IMG/VR virus record: IMGVR_UViG_3300017963_000203 | Coordinates: 32,001 to 96,000 of that record | Strand: one strand, 5' to 3' | Length of the DNA stretch: 64,000 bases | Source: a virus | In this document: positions 1-9,494 of the stretch, piece after piece | How positions within the stretch are numbered: the stretch's first letter is position 1 | Layout of the letters: every line of letters begins with the position of its first letter | Notes under the pieces: model-generated | What the model saw: only the letters and a program-made list of their open reading frames with translations | The model's database searches: none | Told to the model about the DNA's origin: nothing | Position numbers and translations under genes: made by a program

Positions 1-2
1 GC

Positions 3-338
3 TCATCGGTTCCTCCCGAACCAGGTCTTGACTCGCTGAACGAGTCCGGGTTTCCGTTGCCGGAACGACGCGTATCTGCGCCGCATAGGCTTCAGCGACT
101 TGATCCGTTTTCCAACGTCGCTTGCCATGCTCTTGGCCGACTCCATCACGGACCCGGACTCGATTGGTTTTTCCTCAGAACCACCCCCGGGGGTGGGAAC
201 TACTTCGACCTGCGGAGCCTTCGTGTAGCCCCTGTATACCTCTTTCAGTTTACTCTGAAGGTCTCGAAGTTCCTTCTTTCCGAAGAACGCATTCTTCTCG
301 AGCTCATCCAGAAATCCTGTTATGAAAGCTTCGTTCAT
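3..338 (-). CDS. small basic protein with N-terminal FxxGFxDELxKxA tag (putative internal head protein)
   Basis: ATG at 338 overlaps the upstream stop (TGATG); begins MNEAFITGFLDELEKNA. Confidence 0.75.
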   Translation of the reverse strand: MNEAFITGFLDELEKNAFFGKKELRDLQSKLKEVYRGYTKAPQVEVVPTPGGGSEEKPIESGSVMESAKSMASDVGKRIKSLKPMRRRYASFRQRKPGLVQRVKTWFGRNR

Positions 339-1483
339 CAGGCTGCCACGCCGCGACCCTGAATCTTCGCCGCGGTCCTCTTGGCCCACGGAATGGCTGC
401 ACCCCACCCGCCACCGGGCGGCTTCGCTGCGGGAGGTGCGCCCACTCCTGCGCCGGCCGCAGCCCTGCCCAAGATGCCTGTGGGCTTCGACGGAGGAGTC
501 CCGGTCGACGGTGTCGAGCCGATTCCCTTCGCCGCGCCCGCCATGACACCTGTGGGTTTCGCTGGCGCGCCGGCCGGACCGCCGCCGGGGCCAAACCTTC
601 CGGCCGCGATGTTCCGTTCACGGATTTTTGCGCCTGCGGAAGCGACCGATGGAGCAGCGGGCTTCGCCAACGGTTTCGCCGGCGTGGCCGCATCGATCTT
701 CCGGAACCTGGCCACGTCCTCACGGCCGCTGGCCCTCGCCGCGGCCCTGAGCTCGTTGCGACGCCGGATTTTCTTTCCGAGCGCAGCGAACGGATCGGCT
801 TTCGGCTGGGCAGCCGCCGGAGGTGCCGTCTTCTTGGCCGCTTGAAGATCCTTCCAGCTCTTTGCTCCCCATCCGGACATGGGCCGGCTGCTGACCTTCT
901 TTCCGGTATCGGCCACAGCCGGAGCCTTCTTGGGCTGCGCCACGGGAGGTGTGGCCTTCTTCGCTCCGATCTGGCGCGTGCCCACCCCCGGAATGGAGTA
1001 GGTGCCCTTTCCGGGCTTGCCCTTCCCCAGTCCGTGGCGCCCCATGATGCGCTTGGCACGCCCTGTCCGTACACGACCCACCGTGGCCTGGTCGGTTCCT
1101 TTGATGCGTCCGAAACGCAAGGAGCCGCCTTCAGCCGTGGATTTGAAGCCGCCGGTGCCTGTGGTCTTGCCGCCGGTGGCCAAGAGTTTCTTCGCGGCCG
1201 CCTGGCGAGCGCCGCCGATGCTGGCCTTGGCCCGGGACATGAACCGCTGCTTGGCCGCTCCGGAGAGATCCCGCCAGCCGGCGCTCTTCTCGAGCTCGTC
1301 GTAAAGGCCGGCGAAGAAGGCCTCCTCGAGGGAAGACATGGGGCCCTCTTCGTCCTCCGAAGCGAACTTGCTGAAGAACCCCGCCATGAAGATGTCCTCG
1401 GCGGTCGGTGCCGGGTCGGCGGGCGCGTCTGCCGCCTTCTCGAGCTCGTCCACGAGCCCACCCAGGAACACGTCGTAGTTCAT
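338..1483 (-). CDS. Ala/Gly/Lys-rich basic protein with repeated N-terminal tag (putative internal head/DNA-binding protein)
   Basis: 381 aa; FLGGLVDELEKAA, FMAGFFSKFAS and FFAGLYDELEKSA, then a low-complexity basic region. Confidence 0.75.
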   Translation of the reverse strand: MNYDVFLGGLVDELEKAADAPADPAPTAEDIFMAGFFSKFASEDEEGPMSSLEEAFFAGLYDELEKSAGWRDLSGAAKQRFMSRAKASIGGARQAAAKKLLATGGKTTGTGGFKSTAEGGSLRFGRIKGTDQATVGRVRTGRAKRIMGRHGLGKGKPGKGTYSIPGVGTRQIGAKKATPPVAQPKKAPAVADTGKKVSSRPMSGWGAKSWKDLQAAKKTAPPAAAQPKADPFAALGKKIRRRNELRAAARASGREDVARFRKIDAATPAKPLAKPAAPSVASAGAKIRERNIAAGRFGPGGGPAGAPAKPTGVMAGAAKGIGSTPSTGTPPSKPTGILGRAAAGAGVGAPPAAKPPGGGWGAAIPWAKRTAAKIQGRGVAA

Positions 1484-1492
1484 GTCGGCCTC

Positions 1493-4400
1493 TTAGATGT
1501 AGATGTAGACCTCGCCCTCGGCCGCGGAGACGTACGGGGTCACGCGGCACTTGATGATGAAGGTGTCCGGACGGTCCGGATCCTCCTCGATGCTCAGGAG
1601 CACGACGTCGCGCAGCTCCTTGTTCTGCTCGACCACGTCCTTCCGGACGGCCTCGAAGTTGTTGCTCACCAGGTCGAAGAAGGGCTCGTCAATCACGAAG
1701 GGCCCGAGCAGCGGCTTGAGCTGGCTTCGCAGCTTCCTGGCGAACGAGTCCACCTGGACCGCCACGTTGTCCTCGGCCTTGTAGATGTCGGTGACGTCCG
1801 TGGAGAGCGCCCGGATGGCGTAGGGTTCCAGGTCGTCGCCGTCGTGGATGATGTAGTAGTTCCCGCCGTCGATGATGATGTCCTGGTAGGCCTCGATGTC
1901 CCCCATGGGATCCAGGATGCGGTAGATGGAGCCCCTCTTGAATCCGGTCAGGGGCTGTTTGGGGTTCTCGTTGGACCGCTTCCCGGCCTCGATGACGGTG
2001 AGGTACTCGGCCCCCAGAGTGGCGATCTGGTCGCCGCCCCCGAAAGGCCCCGTAGTGGCGTCCTCGCCCGCGATCTCGTCCGTGAACCGCATCATGACCG
2101 TATCGGGCCAGATGTTCCGGAAGCGACGGTTGGGGATGCTCTGGGCGTAGGCCGCCTGCTGGTTGGCTCGCTCGAGCAGCGAGAGATTCTTGCTCTTGAT
2201 GTCCCACGAACTCGCGGTTCCGCTCGACGGAGAGGGCACCGTGGGGTCGGCCACGATCCGCATGGTGCTTTGCCCCGACGCCGGTGTGGATCCCTGGATC
2301 GAGATGATCCTGGCGTTGGTGATCGGGTAGTCCGTCGTTCCGTCGTTGAGCGTGCCATTGAAGACGTCGCCCACGACCACTCCGTAGCTCGTCAGATCAC
2401 GAGTGGTGGAGACGACGGTGGTGATCCCGGTGGCCGTCTTGCCGTAGGTGACCGCGTCGCCCAGACTCTCACTCGTACGCGTGGTCTGCACGACCTCCTT
2501 GTGGGAGAAGTAGGTGATCCGCTCCCGCTTCTCCTCGGGCTCGCTCATGAGCGACACGTGGGTCCGCAGGAGGGCCAGGACATCCTCCCTCTGGGTGAGG
2601 ACGATGGGGATGTAGACCTCGTCGCTCTCGGCGACCGTCAAGCCGTCCGTCCAGTCGGCCACGGTATCGTCCGTGACCTGGATGGCGAAGGCGCTCGCGC
2701 CCAGAACCGTGAAGAGAGTCTGGGCAGCCAGGGCCAGATCGTTGCCGGGGACCGGCGCCCCCAGAATGGCCTCGAAGTTGTTCTCGTCGATGGGCACCCG
2801 CTGGTTGAGGAGGTCGTTCCTCTTGGCCGCGTAGGTGCACAGGACGTCTCCCTGGAGAGGCGACCCGGTGACCGTCTTCTTGATCCGGTAGTTGATGTCC
2901 TGCCCCGTGTCGGGGAAGGTGACGGCGTTGATGAAGAGGCCCGCGTAGGCTCCCGCACCCGGAGACCCCACCAGCTCGTTCTTGACCGTGAGCTGTGTGT
3001 CCGAGTCCACCGAGATCACCTCGAGGATCGCGGCGTTCTGGTCCAGCACGTTGAACGCGAAGCGCGTGTCGCTCGCGGAGGCCGGGGGGTTGCCCGGGAT
3101 GATGTTCACCACGTCCAGCGTGCCTACGCCCGCCGGGTGCACCGTCACAACGGTGAAGAGCGTAGTCCCGGTGACTACGTCCTGGATCCAATCCCCCGGG
3201 ACCACCCCGGCCGTCGCGAAGTCCACGCCAGCGGCGGTGATCCGACGTTCGGTCGGACCGCCAGCACCGGTGCCCTCGGCGAGGTAGGAGCCGGCCGTGT
3301 TCCCCGTGATGCTGGTCGGCGTCCTGATCTCGTAGGAGACGAAGGACGGGTTGATGGCGGTGGCGGTGGGATTCGGATCGGTGCTGTCGTGCTGCGACAC
3401 GACCAGTTCCGTGGCTGAAGGCACCCCCTGAACGATGAAGATCGGCGGGTTCCCCACTCCCAGGTACGGGGCCGGTCCCGCCAGGTTGTCGATGATGATT
3501 TCGTCACCGATGGCGATCGGCGTAGCGAGAAAATTGGCCGTAGCATCGTGAAAAATCCTCTGACCGGCAGGAGGCGCGGGCTGTCCCCACGCAGCGACAC
3601 CGTCAGCGTCGTACTCACCAACCAGGGAAAAGATCCCTGGACCGAGATTCTTGGGCGCGCCGTAGCGCACAATGTCGTAGGGGACGCCAACGGCCGCGGC
3701 CGTCAGAGCCGGATTTGGCACCGGCAGCGTGACGATGTTCTCGCAGTCGTCGATGAGGATTTCGCTCGCCACGCTGTTGACCAGGAAGAAGGGAACCCAG
3801 TCTCCCAGAGCGTCCGCAGAGAAGATGATGTCGTTGGCGAGCACAGGACCCGCGGTGATGAAAAGAGCGGCCGCATCGGAGAAGGACCGACTCGTGGCCG
3901 GCGCTCCCGTCCCCGTCCCCACCGCTCCGTAATCGCCGCCCAGGACGCTGATGATGGCGTCCCAGCCGTCGATGGTGCACAGGTCGCCCACGTCCACACC
4001 GTTCTGCTCGAACTGCTGGTTCGAGCTGCTGAGGATGCGGAAACCGTAGGCGTCCTCCGCGCCGAGAACGGCGTCGGGCACCAGAGGGGTCACGGCCTTG
4101 TTCCGGCGCACCACGTCGAGCTGGCTGTCCGAAATGATGTTCACCACGTCGAAGGACGGGTAGTAACTCCCGTCCGAATGAAGCGTCTCGATGACGTCGT
4201 TCGTGGCGACCTCGGCGTCGATGAAGTCCTCCTCGGCGTCGGTGAAGTATCCCGACACGGCCGAATAGGCTCCGTCTTCCCCTTCCACGATGGTGAAGAC
4301 CACCGAAGCTCCGGCCGCAATGTCGAAATGCGGCGGGTCGGCCACGAAGTCGTAGGACAGGTCCGGTGAGAGGACCTCGCCCAGGCCGTAGTTGTTCGAG

Positions 4401-4669
4401 ATGAAGACGTGCGGCTCGAGGACGTCCGGGAACTCGAGAACATCCAGGACGGCTCCGGGCTGCTCCACCGTCGAGCCCGCGATGAGGTCGGGGAAGTAGT
4501 AGCGCTGGCCCGGCTGACCTCCGACGAAGGAACCGGCGTTTCCGCGCCAGACGAACTGGCGGTTCAAGCCGATGAGCGCCACAGGGAGATTCGTCGCGGG
4601 CACGATGGGTGCCTGCGTCTCGAAGATCTGGAAGACCGTGATGTCCGGTCGAAGGCCGCTCAGTGCCAT
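1493..4669 (-). CDS. contractile tail sheath protein with multiple inserted beta-rich domains
   Basis: 1058 aa; sheath-like N-terminus (RPDITVFQIF..LPVALIG) and C-terminus (IRALSTD..QVDSFARKLR..PDTFIIKCRVTPY). Confidence 0.85.
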   Translation of the reverse strand: MALSGLRPDITVFQIFETQAPIVPATNLPVALIGLNRQFVWRGNAGSFVGGQPGQRYYFPDLIAGSTVEQPGAVLDVLEFPDVLEPHVFISNNYGLGEVLSPDLSYDFVADPPHFDIAAGASVVFTIVEGEDGAYSAVSGYFTDAEEDFIDAEVATNDVIETLHSDGSYYPSFDVVNIISDSQLDVVRRNKAVTPLVPDAVLGAEDAYGFRILSSSNQQFEQNGVDVGDLCTIDGWDAIISVLGGDYGAVGTGTGAPATSRSFSDAAALFITAGPVLANDIIFSADALGDWVPFFLVNSVASEILIDDCENIVTLPVPNPALTAAAVGVPYDIVRYGAPKNLGPGIFSLVGEYDADGVAAWGQPAPPAGQRIFHDATANFLATPIAIGDEIIIDNLAGPAPYLGVGNPPIFIVQGVPSATELVVSQHDSTDPNPTATAINPSFVSYEIRTPTSITGNTAGSYLAEGTGAGGPTERRITAAGVDFATAGVVPGDWIQDVVTGTTLFTVVTVHPAGVGTLDVVNIIPGNPPASASDTRFAFNVLDQNAAILEVISVDSDTQLTVKNELVGSPGAGAYAGLFINAVTFPDTGQDINYRIKKTVTGSPLQGDVLCTYAAKRNDLLNQRVPIDENNFEAILGAPVPGNDLALAAQTLFTVLGASAFAIQVTDDTVADWTDGLTVAESDEVYIPIVLTQREDVLALLRTHVSLMSEPEEKRERITYFSHKEVVQTTRTSESLGDAVTYGKTATGITTVVSTTRDLTSYGVVVGDVFNGTLNDGTTDYPITNARIISIQGSTPASGQSTMRIVADPTVPSPSSGTASSWDIKSKNLSLLERANQQAAYAQSIPNRRFRNIWPDTVMMRFTDEIAGEDATTGPFGGGDQIATLGAEYLTVIEAGKRSNENPKQPLTGFKRGSIYRILDPMGDIEAYQDIIIDGGNYYIIHDGDDLEPYAIRALSTDVTDIYKAEDNVAVQVDSFARKLRSQLKPLLGPFVIDEPFFDLVSNNFEAVRKDVVEQNKELRDVVLLSIEEDPDRPDTFIIKCRVTPYVSAAEGEVYIYI

Positions 4670-4670
4670 G

Positions 4671-5342
4671 TCACTTCACCTCATGGATTGGTTCATCCTC
4701 CCCGGGAAGGAAGAACTGGTACTCGAATCTGCCGAACCTCAAGGACTTCTTCACCACCCACCTGCTCGCCTGGTCCACGACCATCGAAACCGGGGTCAGG
4801 AACAAGTCGGCCTGTGAATCCGCCTTCACAACGATCGGCGCGCCCACTCTCGGGTCGCTCAGTTTCTGGACGTTGATCCGTTTCCGGATCTCCTCCTTGA
4901 AGTAGCGAATCAGACCTGTGACCGCCCAGGCCAGGTCCTCGGACTCTGTGTCCCGTCTCGAGATGCAGTTGAGGATCACGGGCATTTCGGTCATGTCCGC
5001 GTAGGTCTTCTTCTGCCCCAGGTACGAGACCGTGTTCTGCTTGCCACCGATTCCCAAGTTGAGGAAACCGAAGTCGCCTCGGCTCACGATGATCATGGGC
5101 CTCGGCTCCGTTTGCTCGAGCTCATCCGAGTAGGTGTCCGCCAAGACGAGCTTCGAGGCCGAAGAGATCTCCCCTTTCTCGAAGTCGAACACGAAGAGGA
5201 ACGGGTTCTTCCCGTCCAACAGCTCCGGCTCCGAGAAGGCACTCGCGAGGATCTGGAGGAGCACGCGCCGCGGGTACCGCAGAGGGTTGCCCACGGGCGT
5301 GGTCAGATCCTTTACCTCCGGAGTGCCAAACTTGGTCGTCAT
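4671..5342 (-). CDS. putative tail terminator/tail completion protein
   Basis: 223 aa directly upstream of the sheath; RPMIIVSRG and NCISRRDTESEDLA pattern. Confidence 0.55.
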   Translation of the reverse strand: MTTKFGTPEVKDLTTPVGNPLRYPRRVLLQILASAFSEPELLDGKNPFLFVFDFEKGEISSASKLVLADTYSDELEQTEPRPMIIVSRGDFGFLNLGIGGKQNTVSYLGQKKTYADMTEMPVILNCISRRDTESEDLAWAVTGLIRYFKEEIRKRINVQKLSDPRVGAPIVVKADSQADLFLTPVSMVVDQASRWVVKKSLRFGRFEYQFFLPGEDEPIHEVK

Positions 5343-5346
5343 GGGC

Positions 5347-5640
5347 CTACTCCAAGCCGAGGAGTTTCCTCGCGATGGGCACCCACTCGTCCGCCGTTTT
5401 CTCGAGCTCGAAGTTGACCCCGGCCTTGAAATTGGGGTCTTCCATGATCTGCTCGACCGGCATGGAGGTGAGCGACGCCACCTTCTGGAGGCCCGGGAAG
5501 ACGTCCTGCACGTCGGCGTCGAGCCGGCCCTGGGCCTCGAGCTCCGCGCCTCGTGCGGAAGCGAGCTTCTCGGGGTCCGCCCCCGTGATGGCGATGAGCT
5601 CCATCTGGAGCCTTTCTTCCGCCGTCATTTCTCCGTTCAT
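5347..5640 (-). CDS. hypothetical acidic protein with KxA sites
   Basis: 97 aa with RBS; EKLAS, QKVAS, EKTAD. Confidence 0.7.
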   Translation of the reverse strand: MNGEMTAEERLQMELIAITGADPEKLASARGAELEAQGRLDADVQDVFPGLQKVASLTSMPVEQIMEDPNFKAGVNFELEKTADEWVPIARKLLGLE

Positions 5641-5649
5641 GGCTTGCTC

Positions 5650-6102
5650 CTATCCAACGTCGATGACCGTGAGGGGAGGCTTCACAACTCTGAAGGAGAT
5701 GGGCTCGTCCATCTTCTTCCGGGCCAGATGCGCTCCCTTCTCCACGAAAGCCTTCCCGGGAGTCCCGGGGAACTGCCATTTCCCTTCAAGGATCGACTTC
5801 AGGGTCACCTTTCGGAAGACCGTCGTTCCTGAGAGTTTTATCGGCACCACCCGGTTTATCAAGTTCCACATGATGCGCGGCCGGCTTCCTTTATCCACCT
5901 CTTCGGCGTACGGAGCCGAAGAAACCACCCGGATTGTTCGGGGACCGATATCCTGTATGGAGATGCTGTCCGCGAGATTCCCTGTGGGGCTCTTGCATAC
6001 ATTCCGAATGGCATCCGAAATCCCCGGCTTGAGCCGCTCCTTGAACTGAGCAATGGCCTCCTCAGAAGCGTCCTCGTCGATAATGATGATGGCCAGTGAC
6101 AT
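5650..6102 (-). CDS. HK97 gp10-like neck/tail component
   Basis: TGNLADSI...APYAEEVDKGSRP motif; ATG at 6102 overlaps the upstream stop. Confidence 0.6.
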   Translation of the reverse strand: MSLAIIIIDEDASEEAIAQFKERLKPGISDAIRNVCKSPTGNLADSISIQDIGPRTIRVVSSAPYAEEVDKGSRPRIMWNLINRVVPIKLSGTTVFRKVTLKSILEGKWQFPGTPGKAFVEKGAHLARKKMDEPISFRVVKPPLTVIDVG

Positions 6103-6344
6103 CAGTATTTGAGTTTCTTTCTGATGAACGTGGTGATCGCCTTGGGGGGTCGAATCCGCATGGCTTCGGCCCAATCCTTGACAGAACCGGGCCCGGATTC
6201 GTCGTCTGTCTGCGGCTTCACAGCCTCCACTCTGGCCTTGTCCGTTGTGCCTATACCCCGTATAGCCATCTTCTGCGCCTTACGGAGTTTGTCGAGGCTC
6301 ATCTTGACGGAGGCTCTCTGGATTGAATCTCTGAACAGGTTCAT
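6102..6344 (-). CDS. hypothetical basic protein
   Basis: 80 aa, translationally coupled at both ends. Confidence 0.65.
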   Translation of the reverse strand: MNLFRDSIQRASVKMSLDKLRKAQKMAIRGIGTTDKARVEAVKPQTDDESGPGSVKDWAEAMRIRPPKAITTFIRKKLKY

Positions 6345-7261
6345 GCGACCACCACGATGAAATCCACGTCTTCCGGATCCTTTCCCTCCTGATCTTCTTC
6401 AGGCGTCGTTTCGTAGTCCTGGACGACGGGTCGCTGCGCGTACCGCCTGTTGTCTCGCCACTCCCTGATTACGGGGGTCAGGTTAGACGGGATGGGGAGT
6501 TTGTGCTCGATGTCCCCTGTGTTCAGCTCGATCATCTGGAGATCTTGGTGAATCGTGACTCGATGATGCTCCGTCGGAGACACGCTGACCAGGCGCCACC
6601 GCTTCCCCGTGTTCACCTCGTAGATGAGATCCCTGGGGCTTACGATGGGGAGGAAGCTGCACATACCGGTAGTCTGAGAAACCTGACGCAAGGTGTCCCC
6701 TGGCTCATTGACCTTGGCCACAGGATTGATCTTCACCTGGGTCAGGATGGGAGAATAAAAGCCCCCGAGGCGGCCTGTGTTAAAACAGCGCGGGCACGTG
6801 GACGACATGACCTTCTGTAGTACCGGGTCCCAGCAGTCTGGGCACCTTTCGCCCTCTCCACGTCGAACGTAGATCAGGCAGGGTACACCCTCGAAGCGGA
6901 GGGCGATGTCTGTCCTTCTTCGCGTTGCAACCGTTTCAAGAGTAGGTTGCGACGCTACTCCAAATGCCTCGCTCTCGTCAACGCTGCCGTCCGGACTTGT
7001 TACTCGCAGCTTGTAGTAAACCTCCCGCCACTTGTCCCGAATTAGCGCGCCCGAATCCCGGAAATACTGCTGTGTTCCCGGCACGTCTGCGATGGATTCG
7101 AACGGACCTTCGGAAGAGTATCCGCGGAAGACTGTAACGGCCGTCTGATCGAGATCCTCGTTGGTGGGTTGAATCCACCACGACACGATCACCGCCTCTC
7201 GGCTGGCGATTTCCACGAACACTGCGTGCTCGAGTGTCTCGAGTTTATCGATCCTGACCAT
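6341..7261 (-). CDS. putative head-closure/neck protein (FN3-like N-terminus, Zn finger)
   Basis: W..YYKLRVT Ig/FN3-like pattern; CPDC...CPRCFNTG; position in the neck module; start inferred. Confidence 0.55.
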   Translation of the reverse strand: MVRIDKLETLEHAVFVEIASREAVIVSWWIQPTNEDLDQTAVTVFRGYSSEGPFESIADVPGTQQYFRDSGALIRDKWREVYYKLRVTSPDGSVDESEAFGVASQPTLETVATRRRTDIALRFEGVPCLIYVRRGEGERCPDCWDPVLQKVMSSTCPRCFNTGRLGGFYSPILTQVKINPVAKVNEPGDTLRQVSQTTGMCSFLPIVSPRDLIYEVNTGKRWRLVSVSPTEHHRVTIHQDLQMIELNTGDIEHKLPIPSNLTPVIREWRDNRRYAQRPVVQDYETTPEEDQEGKDPEDVDFIVVVA

Positions 7262-7348
7262 GTCACAAGCCACAGGGCGCGCCTCAGCCCAGATACGGAA
7301 GGCCACCTCGGGGAACAGCGGGGTGACGCACAACCTCCGCTGTCAAAC

Positions 7349-7978
7349 TCAATCTCTGGTAAAACTGATCGTAATCTCTATTCCTTCGTCGTCGGCCAAG
7401 GCCTCCCTTGGATCTTCTGTGGCCTTTTTCCACTCCCCAGGGGGTGGGCCAACGGCGTCGTAGATCACAAAATCGCCCTTCACGAAAGCGATCGGACCCG
7501 CGCCGAAGTTGACGGCACCGGCATCCTTGGCGTAGAAGTACTGCTTGTCGGAGCCGACCCCATTCACAAGCGTTGGCGTATTGGTCGAGGCTGCCCAATC
7601 CCCCAAATACCTTCCGGCGCTTCCTTTGTCCGTTCCGAGCCTGATGGGGGTCACTCCCTTCCAGCTCGACAAGTATCTGGGATTGTAGGGCTTCCTGAAA
7701 TAAATGTTGGTCGCTGCCGGATCGGGTGGCACGGGAACCGCGATGCGGACCTGGCCGAGAGGTAGTCTCGATGGAGGCTGGATTACATGCCACGTCCCCA
7801 CTGTCCCGTACCAGCTCCACCACATCCGCTGAAAGGGGGCGCTTCCGCGATGGATCTCTGCGTGCGTACTGCCGGCAATGATCGCCACCAGTGTGTCGTA
7901 CCGAGCGTCGAAAGCCGCCTGCATGTCCGCGTTGGGGTTGCCGAGAACCGTGATGGTGCCTTGCTGCTCCGTAGGCAT
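7349..7978 (-). CDS. putative virion structural protein, paralog of 7989-8378 with an inserted domain
   Basis: shares HRGSAPxQRMWWS, PSRLPxG and RKPYNPR with the neighbour; insert begins YLGDWAASTNTPTL. Confidence 0.7.
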   Translation of the reverse strand: MPTEQQGTITVLGNPNADMQAAFDARYDTLVAIIAGSTHAEIHRGSAPFQRMWWSWYGTVGTWHVIQPPSRLPLGQVRIAVPVPPDPAATNIYFRKPYNPRYLSSWKGVTPIRLGTDKGSAGRYLGDWAASTNTPTLVNGVGSDKQYFYAKDAGAVNFGAGPIAFVKGDFVIYDAVGPPPGEWKKATEDPREALADDEGIEITISFTRD

Positions 7979-7988
7979 TCCGCTCTCC

Positions 7989-8378
7989 TTAGTCCTGTGT
8001 GAAGGTCACGACGATCTCGACGATCCTATCGTCCGCCTTCCCACGAAGATCGGAGTAGACAGGAATGAGATCCTTCCGCTCTTCCAGGTGCCGCGGATTG
8101 TACGGCTTTCGAAGATAGAACTTCGTAGCACCGGCGAGAGCGACTCTGAGCGGCCCCATGGGCAGCCGAGAAGGTTCCTGAATCGGGAACCATTCGTTCG
8201 CGAGCCCAGTGAAGCTCCACCACATCCTCTGCCACGGAGCGCTTCCACGATGAACTTCCACGTGTGTGGCACCAGCAGGGATCGTAACCTCGGTGTCGTA
8301 GGTGAGATTCACAGCCGCCTGCATGTTCACGTCCGGATTTCCGTGGACCGAAACGGTCCCTTCGACTTCGACCGGCAT
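7989..8378 (-). CDS. putative virion structural protein, paralog of 7349-7978
   Basis: 129 aa; same conserved blocks as the downstream gene. Confidence 0.7.
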   Translation of the reverse strand: MPVEVEGTVSVHGNPDVNMQAAVNLTYDTEVTIPAGATHVEVHRGSAPWQRMWWSFTGLANEWFPIQEPSRLPMGPLRVALAGATKFYLRKPYNPRHLEERKDLIPVYSDLRGKADDRIVEIVVTFTQD

Positions 8379-8388
8379 GGGCCTTCTC

Positions 8389-8898
8389 CTATACGATCAC
8401 CGAGATGAACCCCGTTCCTCCGACCCTGTAGCCGTCCCAGAGTTCCGAGGGGACGACTCCCCAGGCGAGATCGCAGTTCTGGTTAATTTTAAGTTCCTTG
8501 ACGAGCTTGTCGAACCCGTTGCCTGCGTCCCCTCCGCGCAATCTGGCGATCGTGGTGTTGTAGAACTGCCACTTGTCGTTGATCATCTTCCGCACGTTTC
8601 CATCCGTCACATCCAGCATGTTCCGCTGCATTCGGATGGACACGGAGGTGAGGGTCCTGGCCGCCGCTTCATCGACGACCAGAAGGGCTTGGGGACCGGT
8701 GAGACTTTCGATGGAGATGTCCAGGCCCGGGCCGCTGGGCTCGATGAGGTTGTACCGATGAACGGCGTCCACGAGCATCTCAGCCAGAAAGGTGTCCGGA
8801 GACTCCTCCGTCTCGATGAGCTCGTTGGCCTCCTTGTAGTCCTGGAGAAAGCGTCGAAGCTTTCCCACGAGGCTCACGGGGACCTTGTATTCCGGCAT
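8389..8898 (-). CDS. putative head-tail adaptor
   Basis: 169 aa helical protein located between capsid and neck genes. Confidence 0.5.
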   Translation of the reverse strand: MPEYKVPVSLVGKLRRFLQDYKEANELIETEESPDTFLAEMLVDAVHRYNLIEPSGPGLDISIESLTGPQALLVVDEAAARTLTSVSIRMQRNMLDVTDGNVRKMINDKWQFYNTTIARLRGGDAGNGFDKLVKELKINQNCDLAWGVVPSELWDGYRVGGTGFISVIV

Positions 8899-9494
8899 CA
8901 GAACATCTCCATCAGATCGTCAGCCGCGCTCTTCTTGGCCGGAGCTTTCTTCTTGGCTGGAGCTTTCTTCCCCACCTTCTTCGGAGGCCTGTTGGCGATT
9001 CTCTTCCGCTTCTTCTCTTTCTTGGAAGCGGCCTTCGGCTTCTCCTCGGACTTCTTGGGGATCTCCACCGTCACGACAGCCTCTTCCGCAGGAACCTCGG
9101 GCTTGTCCGTGACCTTGACTGTGGTGGGCTCCCGGTCCAGAGGCTTCTCCTTGGCCTCCATCTTGGCCGCCATGACCCCGGCCTGGACGATCCTGGGCTC
9201 GGCGCCGGTGTCGTCCAGAGCGTAGCCTGGCGGGACCCTCACGTCGAATCCGGGCACGCGCAAGATCTGCGGATTCACGCCGATGACCTCCTTGGCCACC
9301 GAATCGGGAACCATGGCTCCGATGTTGATGATCAAGCCGTCGGGGCCGACAACCAGGAACCTGTCCCCGTATCGCCGGCGCTCGTCCGGAAGGATGTCGT
9401 CCAGGCGCGTCTTCACGGACGTGCCCGGCTTGAACCTCCGGATTTGGAGGTTCAGCGGCCCTTCCCCGTAATAGGTGATCTGTGCGGTTTTCAC
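8898..9494 (-). CDS. hypothetical protein with Lys/Ala-rich histone-like tail
   Basis: 198 aa; KKAPAKKKAPAKKS; coupled starts and stops. Confidence 0.7.
   Translation of the reverse strand: MKTAQITYYGEGPLNLQIRRFKPGTSVKTRLDDILPDERRRYGDRFLVVGPDGLIINIGAMVPDSVAKEVIGVNPQILRVPGFDVRVPPGYALDDTGAEPRIVQAGVMAAKMEAKEKPLDREPTTVKVTDKPEVPAEEAVVTVEIPKKSEEKPKAASKKEKKRKRIANRPPKKVGKKAPAKKKAPAKKSAADDLMEMF

Noticed and set aside
338-1483. Tail tube call for the gene after the sheath
   Set aside because: It is a low-complexity basic protein carrying the head-type tag and is not tube-like. The tube gene is probably outside the window.
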